This document shows, in pieces, positions 12,596 through 24,029 of a stretch of 64,000 nt of DNA. Below the pieces are notes generated by a model. It searched no databases. It was not told where the DNA came from and worked only from the letters and a program-made list of their open reading frames with translations. Source of the stretch: Flavobacteriales bacterium (lineage in GTDB: Bacteria; Bacteroidota; Bacteroidia; Flavobacteriales_F; PHOS-HE28); contig JAHCIA010000001.1 of NCBI GenBank assembly GCA_026129465.1, forward strand, positions 3,243,583-3,307,582, read 5' to 3'. Position 1 is the first letter of the stretch, and each line of letters starts with the position of its first letter. Position numbers and translations under genes: made by a program.

Positions 12596-13936
12596 ATGAA
12601 ACACATCACCATCGTCGGCGGCGGTCTCGTCGGAAGCCTGTTGACCGTTTTCCTGGCCAAGCGCGGCCACAAGATCAACGTGTACGAGCGCAGGCCCGAC
12701 CCGCGCAAGACCAACGTCTATGCCGGGCGCAGCATCAATCTGGTGGTGAGCCACCGTGGCTGGACGGCTCTGAAAGCGGCGGGTGTCCATGAAGCCGTAG
12801 AGCGCATCGTGGTGCCCGTGCATGCCCGGATGACGCATGACCGCGACGGCAAGCTCACCCGCCTGCCGTACAGCATCGACGAGCGTCCCATCCACAGCGT
12901 TTCGCGTGGTGAACTGAACAAGGTGATGCTCTCTGAAGCGGAGAGACTCCCCAATGTGAAGCTGCATTTCGGCCAGCGCTGTGCCGAGGTGGACCTGGAC
13001 AAGGCCACCTGCGTGTTCGAGAGCGATGCGGGCGAGCGCACCGAGGTGAAGGCCGACGTGGTCTTCGGCGCCGATGGCGCGCCCAGCGCGGTGCGCCAGG
13101 CCATGATGCGCGGCCGCTTCAACTTCAGCCAGAGCTTCATCGAGCACGACTACAAGGAGATCGCCTTCCCCAGCCATGCGGACGGCAGCCCGCAGATGGA
13201 CCCGCACTGCCTGCACATCTGGCCGCGCCGGCGGTTCATGATGATGGGCCTGGCCAACCAGGACGGCGGTTTCACCGGGACGCTCTTCATGCCGCATGAG
13301 GGCGAGTTCTCATTCGATACCATCAAGGACGAGCAGGACCTGATGCGCTTCTTCGAGGCCCACTTCAAGGACGCCATTAACATGCTGCCCGATCTGGCCG
13401 AGCAGTACTTCCGCAATCCGCAGAGCAACCTCGCCATCATCCGCTGCGGTCCTTGGACGCACAAGGAAAAGGTGGCGCTGATCGGCGACGCGGCCCATGC
13501 CATCGTGCCCTTCTATGGCGAAGGCATGAACGCTGGCTACGAGGACTGCAAGGTGCTGAACGACCTGCTCAACACCCACGGCGATGACAATTGGGCCACC
13601 GTGCTCGACGACTACAACAAGGCCCGCAAACCCAACGGCGATGCCATCGCCGACCTGTCGTTACGAAACTTCGTGGAGATGCGCGACCTGGTGGCCGACC
13701 CGCGCTTCATCCTGCGCAAAAAGATCGAGGGCCGCCTGCAGCAACGCCATCCGGACAAGTGGCTGCCGCTATACAGCCAGGTGAAGTTCAGCGACATCGC
13801 CTATATCGATGCCTGGAACGAGGGCCTGCGCCACGACCGTATCATGGAGCAGGTGCTGGCCATGCCGGGGATCGAGGAGAAGTGGGAGAGCGAGGAGGTG
13901 GAGAGGAAGGTGCTGGGGTTGTTGGGTGCTGTCTGA
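12596..13936 (+). CDS. kmo: Kynurenine 3-monooxygenase (FAD-dependent)
   Basis: Start at M26 of ORF 12521..13936 (MKHITIVGGGLVGSL, FAD-binding GxGxxG). Length and motifs fit bacterial KMO. It lies immediately downstream of kynU. Confidence 0.8.
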   Translation: MKHITIVGGGLVGSLLTVFLAKRGHKINVYERRPDPRKTNVYAGRSINLVVSHRGWTALKAAGVHEAVERIVVPVHARMTHDRDGKLTRLPYSIDERPIHSVSRGELNKVMLSEAERLPNVKLHFGQRCAEVDLDKATCVFESDAGERTEVKADVVFGADGAPSAVRQAMMRGRFNFSQSFIEHDYKEIAFPSHADGSPQMDPHCLHIWPRRRFMMMGLANQDGGFTGTLFMPHEGEFSFDTIKDEQDLMRFFEAHFKDAINMLPDLAEQYFRNPQSNLAIIRCGPWTHKEKVALIGDAAHAIVPFYGEGMNAGYEDCKVLNDLLNTHGDDNWATVLDDYNKARKPNGDAIADLSLRNFVEMRDLVADPRFILRKKIEGRLQQRHPDKWLPLYSQVKFSDIAYIDAWNEGLRHDRIMEQVLAMPGIEEKWESEEVERKVLGLLGAV

Positions 13937-14022
13937 TGCGTGGCTGATCCCCACAGCCCCGCGTTGACACTTTGCCCGCCTTTGATGCGTTGCATGGTCG
14001 AGCCCCGACCAATTTCGTGTTG

Positions 14023-14874
14023 ATGCATCGCCCGCTTGTGCTGCTGCTTGTCTTCCTGCTGGCCTGGCCCACTTTCGGGCAGGGCCTCATGTCGCGCAAG
14101 CGCCCGGACCTGATACCCTTGGATGGCAAGATCCGGCGCATGGGCTTCTATGTCGCACCGGGCGTCACTTACACACTCCCGCGCTTCAAGAACAGCGAGG
14201 AGGAACTGTATCGCGATGGCGACACCAGCCTGACCGCCCTCTACGATCCCAATGGCCGCTTCGGACTCTACCTGGAGGGCGGTGTGAGCTGGTACACACG
14301 CGACCCCGTGGTGGTGGACTACTTCGATGTGGGCCTGGCCTACAAGAACCTGCGGGGCCAGGAGGCCTTCGAGAACACCTTCACCCGGGCCGACAGTGTG
14401 GCGTTGTTCCGCGGTGAGGGCACTTTCGCCGAGCGGTTCATCTCCCTGCACGCCAACGCCAACAAGTTCATCCAGGTGCGCAACTACCAGTTCATCCAAC
14501 TGAGCCTGGGCCTGAATGCCGACTACCGTTTGGGCAGCAGCTACGACCACCCGGGAGACTCCCTGCTCAACGGCCACACTTTTCCGCCGGACCTGATCGG
14601 GCAGCTGCACTTCAAACTGGGCTACGGCTTCAAGGTCACGGGCAGCCTGTTCATCATTCCCGCCTTGGAGACGCCCATCTTCAGCGTGGTGCCCGAGGAC
14701 CAGGGATCCGGCCAGCTGCAATGGTTCAGCAGCCGATACCGCCCCATGATGCTCAGCGTGCGTTTCCTATGGCTGCGCGCGCGCAAGGGCTTCGACTGCC
14801 CGCCGGTGATCAAGCACAACGACTTCGAGAAACAGCGGGTGAAGGAGTACAAGCCGAAGACCTACCACCCCTGA
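14023..14874 (+). CDS. Hypothetical secreted / outer-membrane protein
   Basis: ORF 13972..14874 with the start moved to M18 (MHRPLVLLLVFLLAWPTFGQ signal peptide). The alternating beta-strand-like composition suggests a beta-barrel. No family recognised. Confidence 0.45.
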   Translation: MHRPLVLLLVFLLAWPTFGQGLMSRKRPDLIPLDGKIRRMGFYVAPGVTYTLPRFKNSEEELYRDGDTSLTALYDPNGRFGLYLEGGVSWYTRDPVVVDYFDVGLAYKNLRGQEAFENTFTRADSVALFRGEGTFAERFISLHANANKFIQVRNYQFIQLSLGLNADYRLGSSYDHPGDSLLNGHTFPPDLIGQLHFKLGYGFKVTGSLFIIPALETPIFSVVPEDQGSGQLQWFSSRYRPMMLSVRFLWLRARKGFDCPPVIKHNDFEKQRVKEYKPKTYHP

Positions 14875-14878
14875 GCGT

Positions 14879-15514
14879 TCAGCGCAGGAAGGGGTTGCTG
14901 CGGCGCTCGCGGCCGATGGTGGTGTCCGGCCCGTGGCCGCAATGCACCACGGTATCGTCCGGCAGCGTCAGAAATTTGTCTCGGATGCTGCTGAGCAGCG
15001 TATCCAGGTCGCCGCCGGGCAGATCGTAGCGGCCGATGCTGCCCTGGAAGAGCACGTCGCCGCCGATGATGAATTTCTCCTCTGGACAGTGGAGGGCGAT
15101 GTGGCCCGGAGCATGCCCGGGCACGTGCAGCACTTCAAGCGTCAGCCCTCCGACGGCGACCAGATCACCTTCTTCCAGGAAGCCCTCCGGTTCGGGCGAG
15201 GGTTCGCACGGCACGCCGTAGAGCTGGCCTTGGCGCGGTGCGGCTTCCAGCAGGGCCAGGTCGGCGCGGTGCATCCAGGGGCGCAGGCCGAAGCGCTTGT
15301 GCACCCAAGCATTGCCCAGGACATGGTCGATGTGCGCATGGGTGAGCACAAGACGCACGGGGGTGATCGCGTTCCGCTGGAGGAATTCCTCCAGCGCATG
15401 CTCCTCGCTACGGTTCCAGCAGCCCGGATCCACCAGGATGGCCTCGCCGCCGTGGTGCACGATCCACGTGTTCTCCTGGAAAGGATTGAAGGTGAGCGAG
15501 GACGCGTTCGGCAT
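14879..15514 (-). CDS. MBL-fold metallo-hydrolase (glyoxalase II-like)
   Basis: Start at M50 of ORF 14879..15661. Motifs HAHIDH and HVPGHAPGH are typical of the metallo-beta-lactamase fold. Confidence 0.75.
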   Translation of the reverse strand: MPNASSLTFNPFQENTWIVHHGGEAILVDPGCWNRSEEHALEEFLQRNAITPVRLVLTHAHIDHVLGNAWVHKRFGLRPWMHRADLALLEAAPRQGQLYGVPCEPSPEPEGFLEEGDLVAVGGLTLEVLHVPGHAPGHIALHCPEEKFIIGGDVLFQGSIGRYDLPGGDLDTLLSSIRDKFLTLPDDTVVHCGHGPDTTIGRERRSNPFLR

Positions 15515-15583
15515 GGCCGGAAAAAGCCCGAAATTCGTGGCATGGAAGCCGCCACCGGCCGCCGAAATTAGCCCATCCCCATC

Positions 15584-18500
15584 GTGCGTCGCCCCAAGTC
15601 CATGTGCCGTGCCGCCCTCGCTGGCGTGCTGCTGGCCTTCGCCGGTGCGGGCCAGGGGCAATTCTACTCAGGCTCGCAGCAGCAGTACGGCAAGAACCGG
15701 GTGCAGTACCAGGACTTCCTCTGGCAGCAGTACCGCTTCCCGGAGATGGAGGTGTACTTCTATAAGGAGGGCCGCGATCTGGCGCGCTACACCGCACAGA
15801 GCGCCACGCGCCAGTTGAAGGAGCTGGAGCGCGAGTTCGACTTCGCGCTGGACGAGCGCCTGCAATTCATCGTGTACAACTCGCTCACCGATTTCCGGCA
15901 GAGCAACATCGGCCTGGAGGGCATCGAGGGCGACAACAACATCGGGGGCATGACCCGCATAGTGGGCACGAAGATCTTCGTGTACTTCGAGGGCGACCAT
16001 GTGCTGTTGGACCGCCAGATCCGCAGCGGCATCGCGCATGTGATCATCGACCAGATGATGTTCGGTGGCAACTGGCGCGAGATGCTGCGCAACGCCACCT
16101 TCATGAGCCTGCCCGCGTGGTTCACGGACGGGATCATCTCCTACCACAGCCGCCCCTGGGACGCCGAGTTGAACAACCGCATCCGCGACGGCATGCTGGC
16201 GGGGCGATACGACAAGATCAACCGGTTGGAGGGGCAGGACGCGCGCTTCATGGGCCATGCGCTGTGGAAGTACGTGGCCGACGTGTACGGCCCGGGCGTG
16301 ATACCCAACATCCTGTACATGACCCGCGTGAGCCGCAATGCCGAGAGCGGGTTCCTCTTTGTTCTGGGCGTATCGCTGAAGACCCTCACCGAGGAATGCC
16401 TGGCCTACTACAAGGGCCGCTTCAGTGAAGAGGACCGCATGCGTGCCGAGTTGCCCGGCGATCCGTTGCGCATCCGCACGCGGAAGCAGCGCACCTACAA
16501 TGAGTTCAAGATGAGCCCGGACGGCCGCCACCTGGCCTGGGTGAGCAACGAACTGGGGCAGTACAAGGTGTGGCTGTATGACGTGGAGAAGGGCAAGGCG
16601 AAGCGCATCGCCAAGGGCGAGAAAAAGATGGACCGCATCGTCGACCGGAGCTACCCCGTGCTCGCATGGCATCCCACGGGGCAGGCCCTCAGCTTCGCCC
16701 TCGAACGCAAGGGTCAGCTCTACATGCGCACCTACACGCTGGACGACCGCAAGACCACCGAGAAGCCGGTCTTCATGCTGAAGAAGATACTGAGCATGGA
16801 CTACTCGCCCGACGGCCGCAACATGGTGTTCAGCGCCGTGCGTGAAGGGCGGACCGACCTCTACTACTACCATGTGATCGGCAACCGGCAGGAGCAACTC
16901 ACGGACGACCAGTACGACGACCTCCATCCGCGTTTCGTGGACGGTGGCCGGCGCATCATCTTCAGCAGCGACCGCGCGGACGACACCTTGCGCACCAACG
17001 CCGATGTGGCCCTGGTGAACGGCTACAAGGACATCTTCCTCTACGACCTCGCCAACCGGTCGCCCATCCTTACGCGGCTGACCGCCACGCCCGACGCCAA
17101 TGAACTGATGCCCGCGCAGTACGACCAGCGCAACTACGCCTTCCTCAGCGACCGGGACGGCATCCTGAACCGTTACCTGGTGCGCTATGACAGTGTGGTG
17201 AGCCACATCGACACCACGGTGCACTACCGCTACTTCACCGTGGAGGAAAGGCTCACGGACCTGAGGCGCTCCATTCTGGAGCAGGACATCCATGCCGCGA
17301 AAGGGCGCTACACACAGTTGTTGTACAGCGATGGCCGGTACCGGTTCCACACCGCGCGCACCAGCGAGGACCGTGCGGCCAACACGCCTGCGCTCCCCGA
17401 TCTGGAAACCACCGATGGACAAGGAGGAGGAGGGAGCGAGGAGTTGCGTTCCGTGGTGAAGGTGCCACTACAAACGCCGAGACCCACCGGGGCCGATGCC
17501 GTGGACACGCGCAGCTATGTCTTCAGCGATGAGACCGACGGCCCGCGACCTGCGGCGAGGCAGGTGCCCCCGGGTGCGCGCCCGGCCGTGGCCGAAGCCC
17601 AGCCGGACACGGTGGCCCCCGTGCCCTTCACCTACCCTGAACAGCGCAACTACAACGTGAACTTCACCGTGGACCAGGTGATCACGCAGGTGGACAACAG
17701 TTTCTCCAGCCACTTCTACCAGCCCTTCACGGGGCCCAACTCCCTGAATCCCGGCCTCAGCGCGCTCACGCGCATGGGCGCCAGCGACCTCTTCGAGGAC
17801 CACCGTGTGGTGGGTGGCTTCCGCCTGGCGCTGGACCTGAACAACAACGACTACCTGCTGAGCTACGAGAACGTGAAGCGGCGGCTGGACAAGCGTTTCA
17901 CCTTCCAGCGCCAGAGCTACCAGGGCCTCACGCAGTTCACCGTGCTGAAGGTGCATACGCACAACTTCAGGTACCAGGTCAGCTGGCCTTTCAGTGAACT
18001 GGCCAGCATCCGCGCCAGCGTGATGTACCGCAACGACCGCTTCGTGCTGCAGGCCATCGATCCGCTGAGCCTGCGCGCGCCCAACTTCAACGACAACATG
18101 GTGGGCGGCAAACTGGAGTACGTCTACGACAGCTCGCTGCCACGCGGCCTGAACCTGTGGACCGGCTGGCGCTTGAAGTGGTTCGCGGAGTACTACGTGC
18201 AGCCGGACGACACCCAAAGCGACATGCAGGTGCTGGGCATGGACCTGCGCCACAGCCTGAAGATCCATCGGGAGCTGATCTGGGTGAACCGGCTGGCGGG
18301 CGCCACTTCCATGGGCAGCCGGCGCATCATCCATTTCCTCGGCGGCGTGGACAACTGGCTGTTCGCGCGGGTGGACAACACCATCCCGATCGATCCCACG
18401 CAGAACTACTTCTACCAGACCATGGGCGTGCCCATGCGCGGCTTCCTCTATAACGTGCGCAACGGCAACAGCTTCGCCGTGGTGAACAGCGAGCTGCGTG

Positions 18501-18826
18501 TGCCCATCATCCGCTACCTGGTCAACCGCCCGATCCGGTCTGACCTGTTCAACCATCTGCAGATCGCGGCCTTCGCCGACCTGGGCACGGCATGGACCGG
18601 CCCCGATCCCTATTCGGAGGAGAATTCCTTCAACCAGTTCACCATCTTCCGCAATCCGCTCACCATCACGTTGGACAACCAGCGCGAGCCGATCGTGGCC
18701 GGCTATGGCTTCGGCATCCGCAGCCGGCTGCTGGGCTACTTCGTCCGCGCCGACTGGGCCTGGGGTATCGATGACGGGGTGGTGCAGCCGCGCGTGTTCT
18801 ACTTCTCCCTCAGCCTGGACATCTGA
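15584..18826 (+). CDS. Large outer-membrane protein with an N-terminal unknown domain, PD40/TolB-like beta-propeller repeats and a C-terminal Omp85 (surface antigen D15)-like beta-barrel
   Basis: 1080-aa ORF; the alternative start is the ATG at 15602 (MCRAALAGVLLAFAGAGQG signal peptide). PD40 repeats are MSPDGRHLAWVS, DYSPDGRNMVFSA and RIIFSSDR. The C-terminus (GYGFGIRSRLLGYFVRADWAWGI...FYFSLSLDI) resembles the Omp85 barrel terminus. Confidence 0.6.
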   Translation: MRRPKSMCRAALAGVLLAFAGAGQGQFYSGSQQQYGKNRVQYQDFLWQQYRFPEMEVYFYKEGRDLARYTAQSATRQLKELEREFDFALDERLQFIVYNSLTDFRQSNIGLEGIEGDNNIGGMTRIVGTKIFVYFEGDHVLLDRQIRSGIAHVIIDQMMFGGNWREMLRNATFMSLPAWFTDGIISYHSRPWDAELNNRIRDGMLAGRYDKINRLEGQDARFMGHALWKYVADVYGPGVIPNILYMTRVSRNAESGFLFVLGVSLKTLTEECLAYYKGRFSEEDRMRAELPGDPLRIRTRKQRTYNEFKMSPDGRHLAWVSNELGQYKVWLYDVEKGKAKRIAKGEKKMDRIVDRSYPVLAWHPTGQALSFALERKGQLYMRTYTLDDRKTTEKPVFMLKKILSMDYSPDGRNMVFSAVREGRTDLYYYHVIGNRQEQLTDDQYDDLHPRFVDGGRRIIFSSDRADDTLRTNADVALVNGYKDIFLYDLANRSPILTRLTATPDANELMPAQYDQRNYAFLSDRDGILNRYLVRYDSVVSHIDTTVHYRYFTVEERLTDLRRSILEQDIHAAKGRYTQLLYSDGRYRFHTARTSEDRAANTPALPDLETTDGQGGGGSEELRSVVKVPLQTPRPTGADAVDTRSYVFSDETDGPRPAARQVPPGARPAVAEAQPDTVAPVPFTYPEQRNYNVNFTVDQVITQVDNSFSSHFYQPFTGPNSLNPGLSALTRMGASDLFEDHRVVGGFRLALDLNNNDYLLSYENVKRRLDKRFTFQRQSYQGLTQFTVLKVHTHNFRYQVSWPFSELASIRASVMYRNDRFVLQAIDPLSLRAPNFNDNMVGGKLEYVYDSSLPRGLNLWTGWRLKWFAEYYVQPDDTQSDMQVLGMDLRHSLKIHRELIWVNRLAGATSMGSRRIIHFLGGVDNWLFARVDNTIPIDPTQNYFYQTMGVPMRGFLYNVRNGNSFAVVNSELRVPIIRYLVNRPIRSDLFNHLQIAAFADLGTAWTGPDPYSEENSFNQFTIFRNPLTITLDNQREPIVAGYGFGIRSRLLGYFVRADWAWGIDDGVVQPRVFYFSLSLDI

Positions 18827-19200
18827 TGATCATCGATACCCAGACCATCGGACTGCTCATCATCACCGGTCTGCTTGCCGGTATCCTCAGCGGATTCGTA
18901 GGTGTGGGCGGTGGCATCATCATGGTCCCCGCATTGGTGTGGCTGCTGGGCTACTCGCAGCATCAGGCGCAGGGCACCAGCCTGGCCGTGCTCATGTTCC
19001 CCGTGGTATTCATGGCCGTGCGCAACTATTACCGTGCGGGCATGATCGACCCCAAGGTGGTGCTGGTGATCGCGCTCGCCTTCATCGCCGGCGGCTACTT
19101 CGGAAGCAAATGGGCGCTGGCCTTGCACGCCGGTACGGTGCAGCGCATCTTCGGCGTGGTGATGCTGCTGGCCGCCCTCAAACTCATCTTCGGGAAGTGA
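18826..19200 (+). CDS. Sulfite exporter TauE/SafE-family (TSUP) membrane protein, half-size (4 TM)
   Basis: 124-aa ORF. Gly-rich TM helices (GFVGVGGGIIMVPALV). The start overlaps the upstream stop (TGATG) and the stop overlaps the downstream start. Confidence 0.6.
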   Translation: MIIDTQTIGLLIITGLLAGILSGFVGVGGGIIMVPALVWLLGYSQHQAQGTSLAVLMFPVVFMAVRNYYRAGMIDPKVVLVIALAFIAGGYFGSKWALALHAGTVQRIFGVVMLLAALKLIFGK

Positions 19201-20429
19201 TGGCTCCAGCTCCGCTCAGCCTTGCGGTGCGCGATGGGATCGCAGCGCTGCATGGCGACATGGTAAGCTGGCGGCGGCATCTGCACCGGCATCCGGAACT
19301 CTCATTCCAGGAGCGGAACACGGCATTGTATGTGGCGGACAAGTTGAAGGCCGAGGGGATCGCGGTGCGTGAAGGTGTGGGCAAACTCACGCCAGATGCG
19401 CCAGGAACTGGACTCATCGCCTTCGTCAGAGGAGAGGCCGGACCAGGCGACAACTGTTTCGCCCTGCGTGCCGACCTGGACGCATTGCCGATCGCGGAGT
19501 CCGGCAAGCCGGCGTATCGATCCACCAACCCCGGTGTGATGCACGCCTGCGGGCACGATGCGCACACGGCCATGGTGCTGGGCGCGGGCATCGCCTTGCA
19601 CCGCTTGCGCAAGGCCTGGAGCGGCACGGTGATGCTGGTGTTCCAACCCGGCGAGGAGAAGGAACCCGGGGGCGCTGCGTTGCTGATCCGTGAAGGCGTC
19701 TTCAACGATCCGAAACCCGCGGGCATCCTAGGCCAGCACGTCACACCCGAGCTGATCACGGGAATGGTGGCCTTCCGCGGTGGTCCTTTCATGGCCGCGG
19801 CGGATGAACTCTACCTCACCATCAAAGGCAGAGGAGGACATGCCGCTGTGCGCGATACGCTCGTGGATCCCATCGTGATCATGTCAGCGATGCTTCCCGC
19901 GCTGTACGATGAAGCGCGCCGTTCCATTCCGCCCGAGGAACCCATGGTGCTGAGCTTCGGCAGGGTGATCGCCAACGGTGCCACGAACATCGTTCCGGAC
20001 GAAGTGACCTTGGAAGGCACCTTGAGGACCTTCGATGAAGGCACACGCGCCGCGATGCATGCGTTGTTGCAGGAGCGTTGCCTCGCCCTCGCCCAGGAGC
20101 GGGGTGGTGGCGCTGAGTTGCGGATCGTGAAGGGATCACCGGTGGTGAAGAACGACGACGCCCTCACGGCGCGGATGCGACAAGCCGCCGTGGAGTACCT
20201 GGGCCCTGACCGCGTGCTTGATGCGCCCATGCGCATGGGTGCGGAAGACTTCGCCTACTACACGCAAGTGATGCCCGGCTGTTTCTACCGCCTGGGTACC
20301 GGCGACCCTGCCAAGCCCGGAACCACCTGTGGGTTGCATACGGCGGCCTTCGATGTGGACGAGGATGCCCTGCCGATCGGCGCGGGACTCATGGCGTGGG
20401 CCGCTATCAAGGCCTTGGCCGCTGGCTGA
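19200..20429 (+). CDS. M20-family amidohydrolase (N-acyl-L-amino acid amidohydrolase / hippurate hydrolase-like)
   Basis: Start at MAPAPLSLAV inside ORF 18498..20429. Motifs HACGHDAHT and FQPGEE are typical of M20D peptidases. Confidence 0.85.
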   Translation: MAPAPLSLAVRDGIAALHGDMVSWRRHLHRHPELSFQERNTALYVADKLKAEGIAVREGVGKLTPDAPGTGLIAFVRGEAGPGDNCFALRADLDALPIAESGKPAYRSTNPGVMHACGHDAHTAMVLGAGIALHRLRKAWSGTVMLVFQPGEEKEPGGAALLIREGVFNDPKPAGILGQHVTPELITGMVAFRGGPFMAAADELYLTIKGRGGHAAVRDTLVDPIVIMSAMLPALYDEARRSIPPEEPMVLSFGRVIANGATNIVPDEVTLEGTLRTFDEGTRAAMHALLQERCLALAQERGGGAELRIVKGSPVVKNDDALTARMRQAAVEYLGPDRVLDAPMRMGAEDFAYYTQVMPGCFYRLGTGDPAKPGTTCGLHTAAFDVDEDALPIGAGLMAWAAIKALAAG

Positions 20430-20500
20430 TCCAGCGGGCCTTGTGGTGTGCCGTAGGCCGGCAATCCTCCGACCTCCAACCACGCGACCTTCAGCTCCGT

Positions 20501-22687
<2,187 letters not shown>

Positions 22688-22921
22688 GTGGCAAAAGGGA
22701 CCGGAACGAGGCCGGTTGGATTCAACGCTTAAATGTAACGCATCGCCGCATTCCAGCGAACGACTTTTAACAACGCTTGGCGCAACGGCATGATGACCGG
22801 TGTATTGCGTGTGACCGACGGGACCTGTGCGCAGGACTACAACTTACTTTGTCCTGCCACGAGGGCTCTCGCGGGCATTGGGCCTTGTGCCCGCCGCCCG
22901 AACAACCAGCTACCACATAAC

Positions 22922-24025
22922 ATGGAGAAGCTTCGCATCAGCACCATCATGGACGCCCTGATCCAGTGGGCACCACTGGAATTGCAGGAGGATTATGACA
23001 ACTGTGGCCTGCAGGTGGGTGATCCCTCAAACGAGGTCGATTCGGTGATGGTTTGCCTGGACTGCACCGAAGCCGTTGTGGAGGAAGCGGCGGCCATGGG
23101 CTGTGGACTCATCATCAGCCACCACCCGGTGATCTTCAGGGGATTGAAGGCGCTGACGGGCCGCGACCATGTGGAACGCACGGTTCTGGCCGCGATCAGG
23201 CGCGGCATCGCCATTCTTTCGCTGCACACCGACCTGGACAATGTGGTGGATGGTGTGAATGGTGAGATCGCCCGGCTGCTGGGCTTGAAGTCCGTGGGCG
23301 TGCTCGATCCCAAGCCGGGCCAGCTTCGCAAGCTGGTGGTCTTCGTGCCGCACGAGAAGGCCGAGGCGGTGCGGTCGGCCCTTTTCGCTGCCGGTGCAGG
23401 GCATATCGGGGGCTACGACGAGTGCAGTTTCAACCTGCAAGGAACGGGGACCTTTCGTGCTGGGGCCGGCACCAGGCCCCATGTGGGCCGGCAGGGTGAG
23501 CGGCACCAGGAGCCCGAGACCCGTGTGGAGGTGATCCTTGTGGCGCATAGGGAAGCCGCGATCCTGGCCGCCATGCGCCGTGCCCATCCTTACGAAGAGG
23601 TCGCCTATGACCTGTATCCCTTGGCCAATGAGCATCCGGGCATTGGCAGCGGCCTATTGGGGGAGTGGGAGAAGCCCTTGACCGAAATGGACTTCCTGGC
23701 CCGGTTGAAGGAGGTCTTCCAGCCCGGGATCTTCCGCCATACCAGGTTGCTGGGCAGGCCCATACGGCGCGTGGCCCTTTGCGGGGGATCGGGCGCCTTT
23801 CTGCTGGGCAGGGCCCTTGGCGCCCAAGCGGATGCCTTCATCACCGGGGATGTGAAGTACCACCAGTTCTTCGATGCCGATGGCCGGCTCTTGCTGGCTG
23901 ACATCGGACACTATGCCAGCGAGCGGTCCACCATGCACCTGATCCAGCGCAGGTTAGGGGAACTTTTCCCTACTTTTGCGGTCCGTTTGACGGAAACCGT
24001 CACGGATCCCATACACCATTATTGA
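22922..24025 (+). CDS. Nif3-family dinuclear metal center protein (YqfO-like)
   Basis: Start at M45 of ORF 22790..24025 (MEKLRISTIM). Conserved Nif3 motifs (HHP..F, GDVKYH). Confidence 0.8.
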   Translation: MEKLRISTIMDALIQWAPLELQEDYDNCGLQVGDPSNEVDSVMVCLDCTEAVVEEAAAMGCGLIISHHPVIFRGLKALTGRDHVERTVLAAIRRGIAILSLHTDLDNVVDGVNGEIARLLGLKSVGVLDPKPGQLRKLVVFVPHEKAEAVRSALFAAGAGHIGGYDECSFNLQGTGTFRAGAGTRPHVGRQGERHQEPETRVEVILVAHREAAILAAMRRAHPYEEVAYDLYPLANEHPGIGSGLLGEWEKPLTEMDFLARLKEVFQPGIFRHTRLLGRPIRRVALCGGSGAFLLGRALGAQADAFITGDVKYHQFFDADGRLLLADIGHYASERSTMHLIQRRLGELFPTFAVRLTETVTDPIHHY

Positions 24026-24029
24026 CCCC

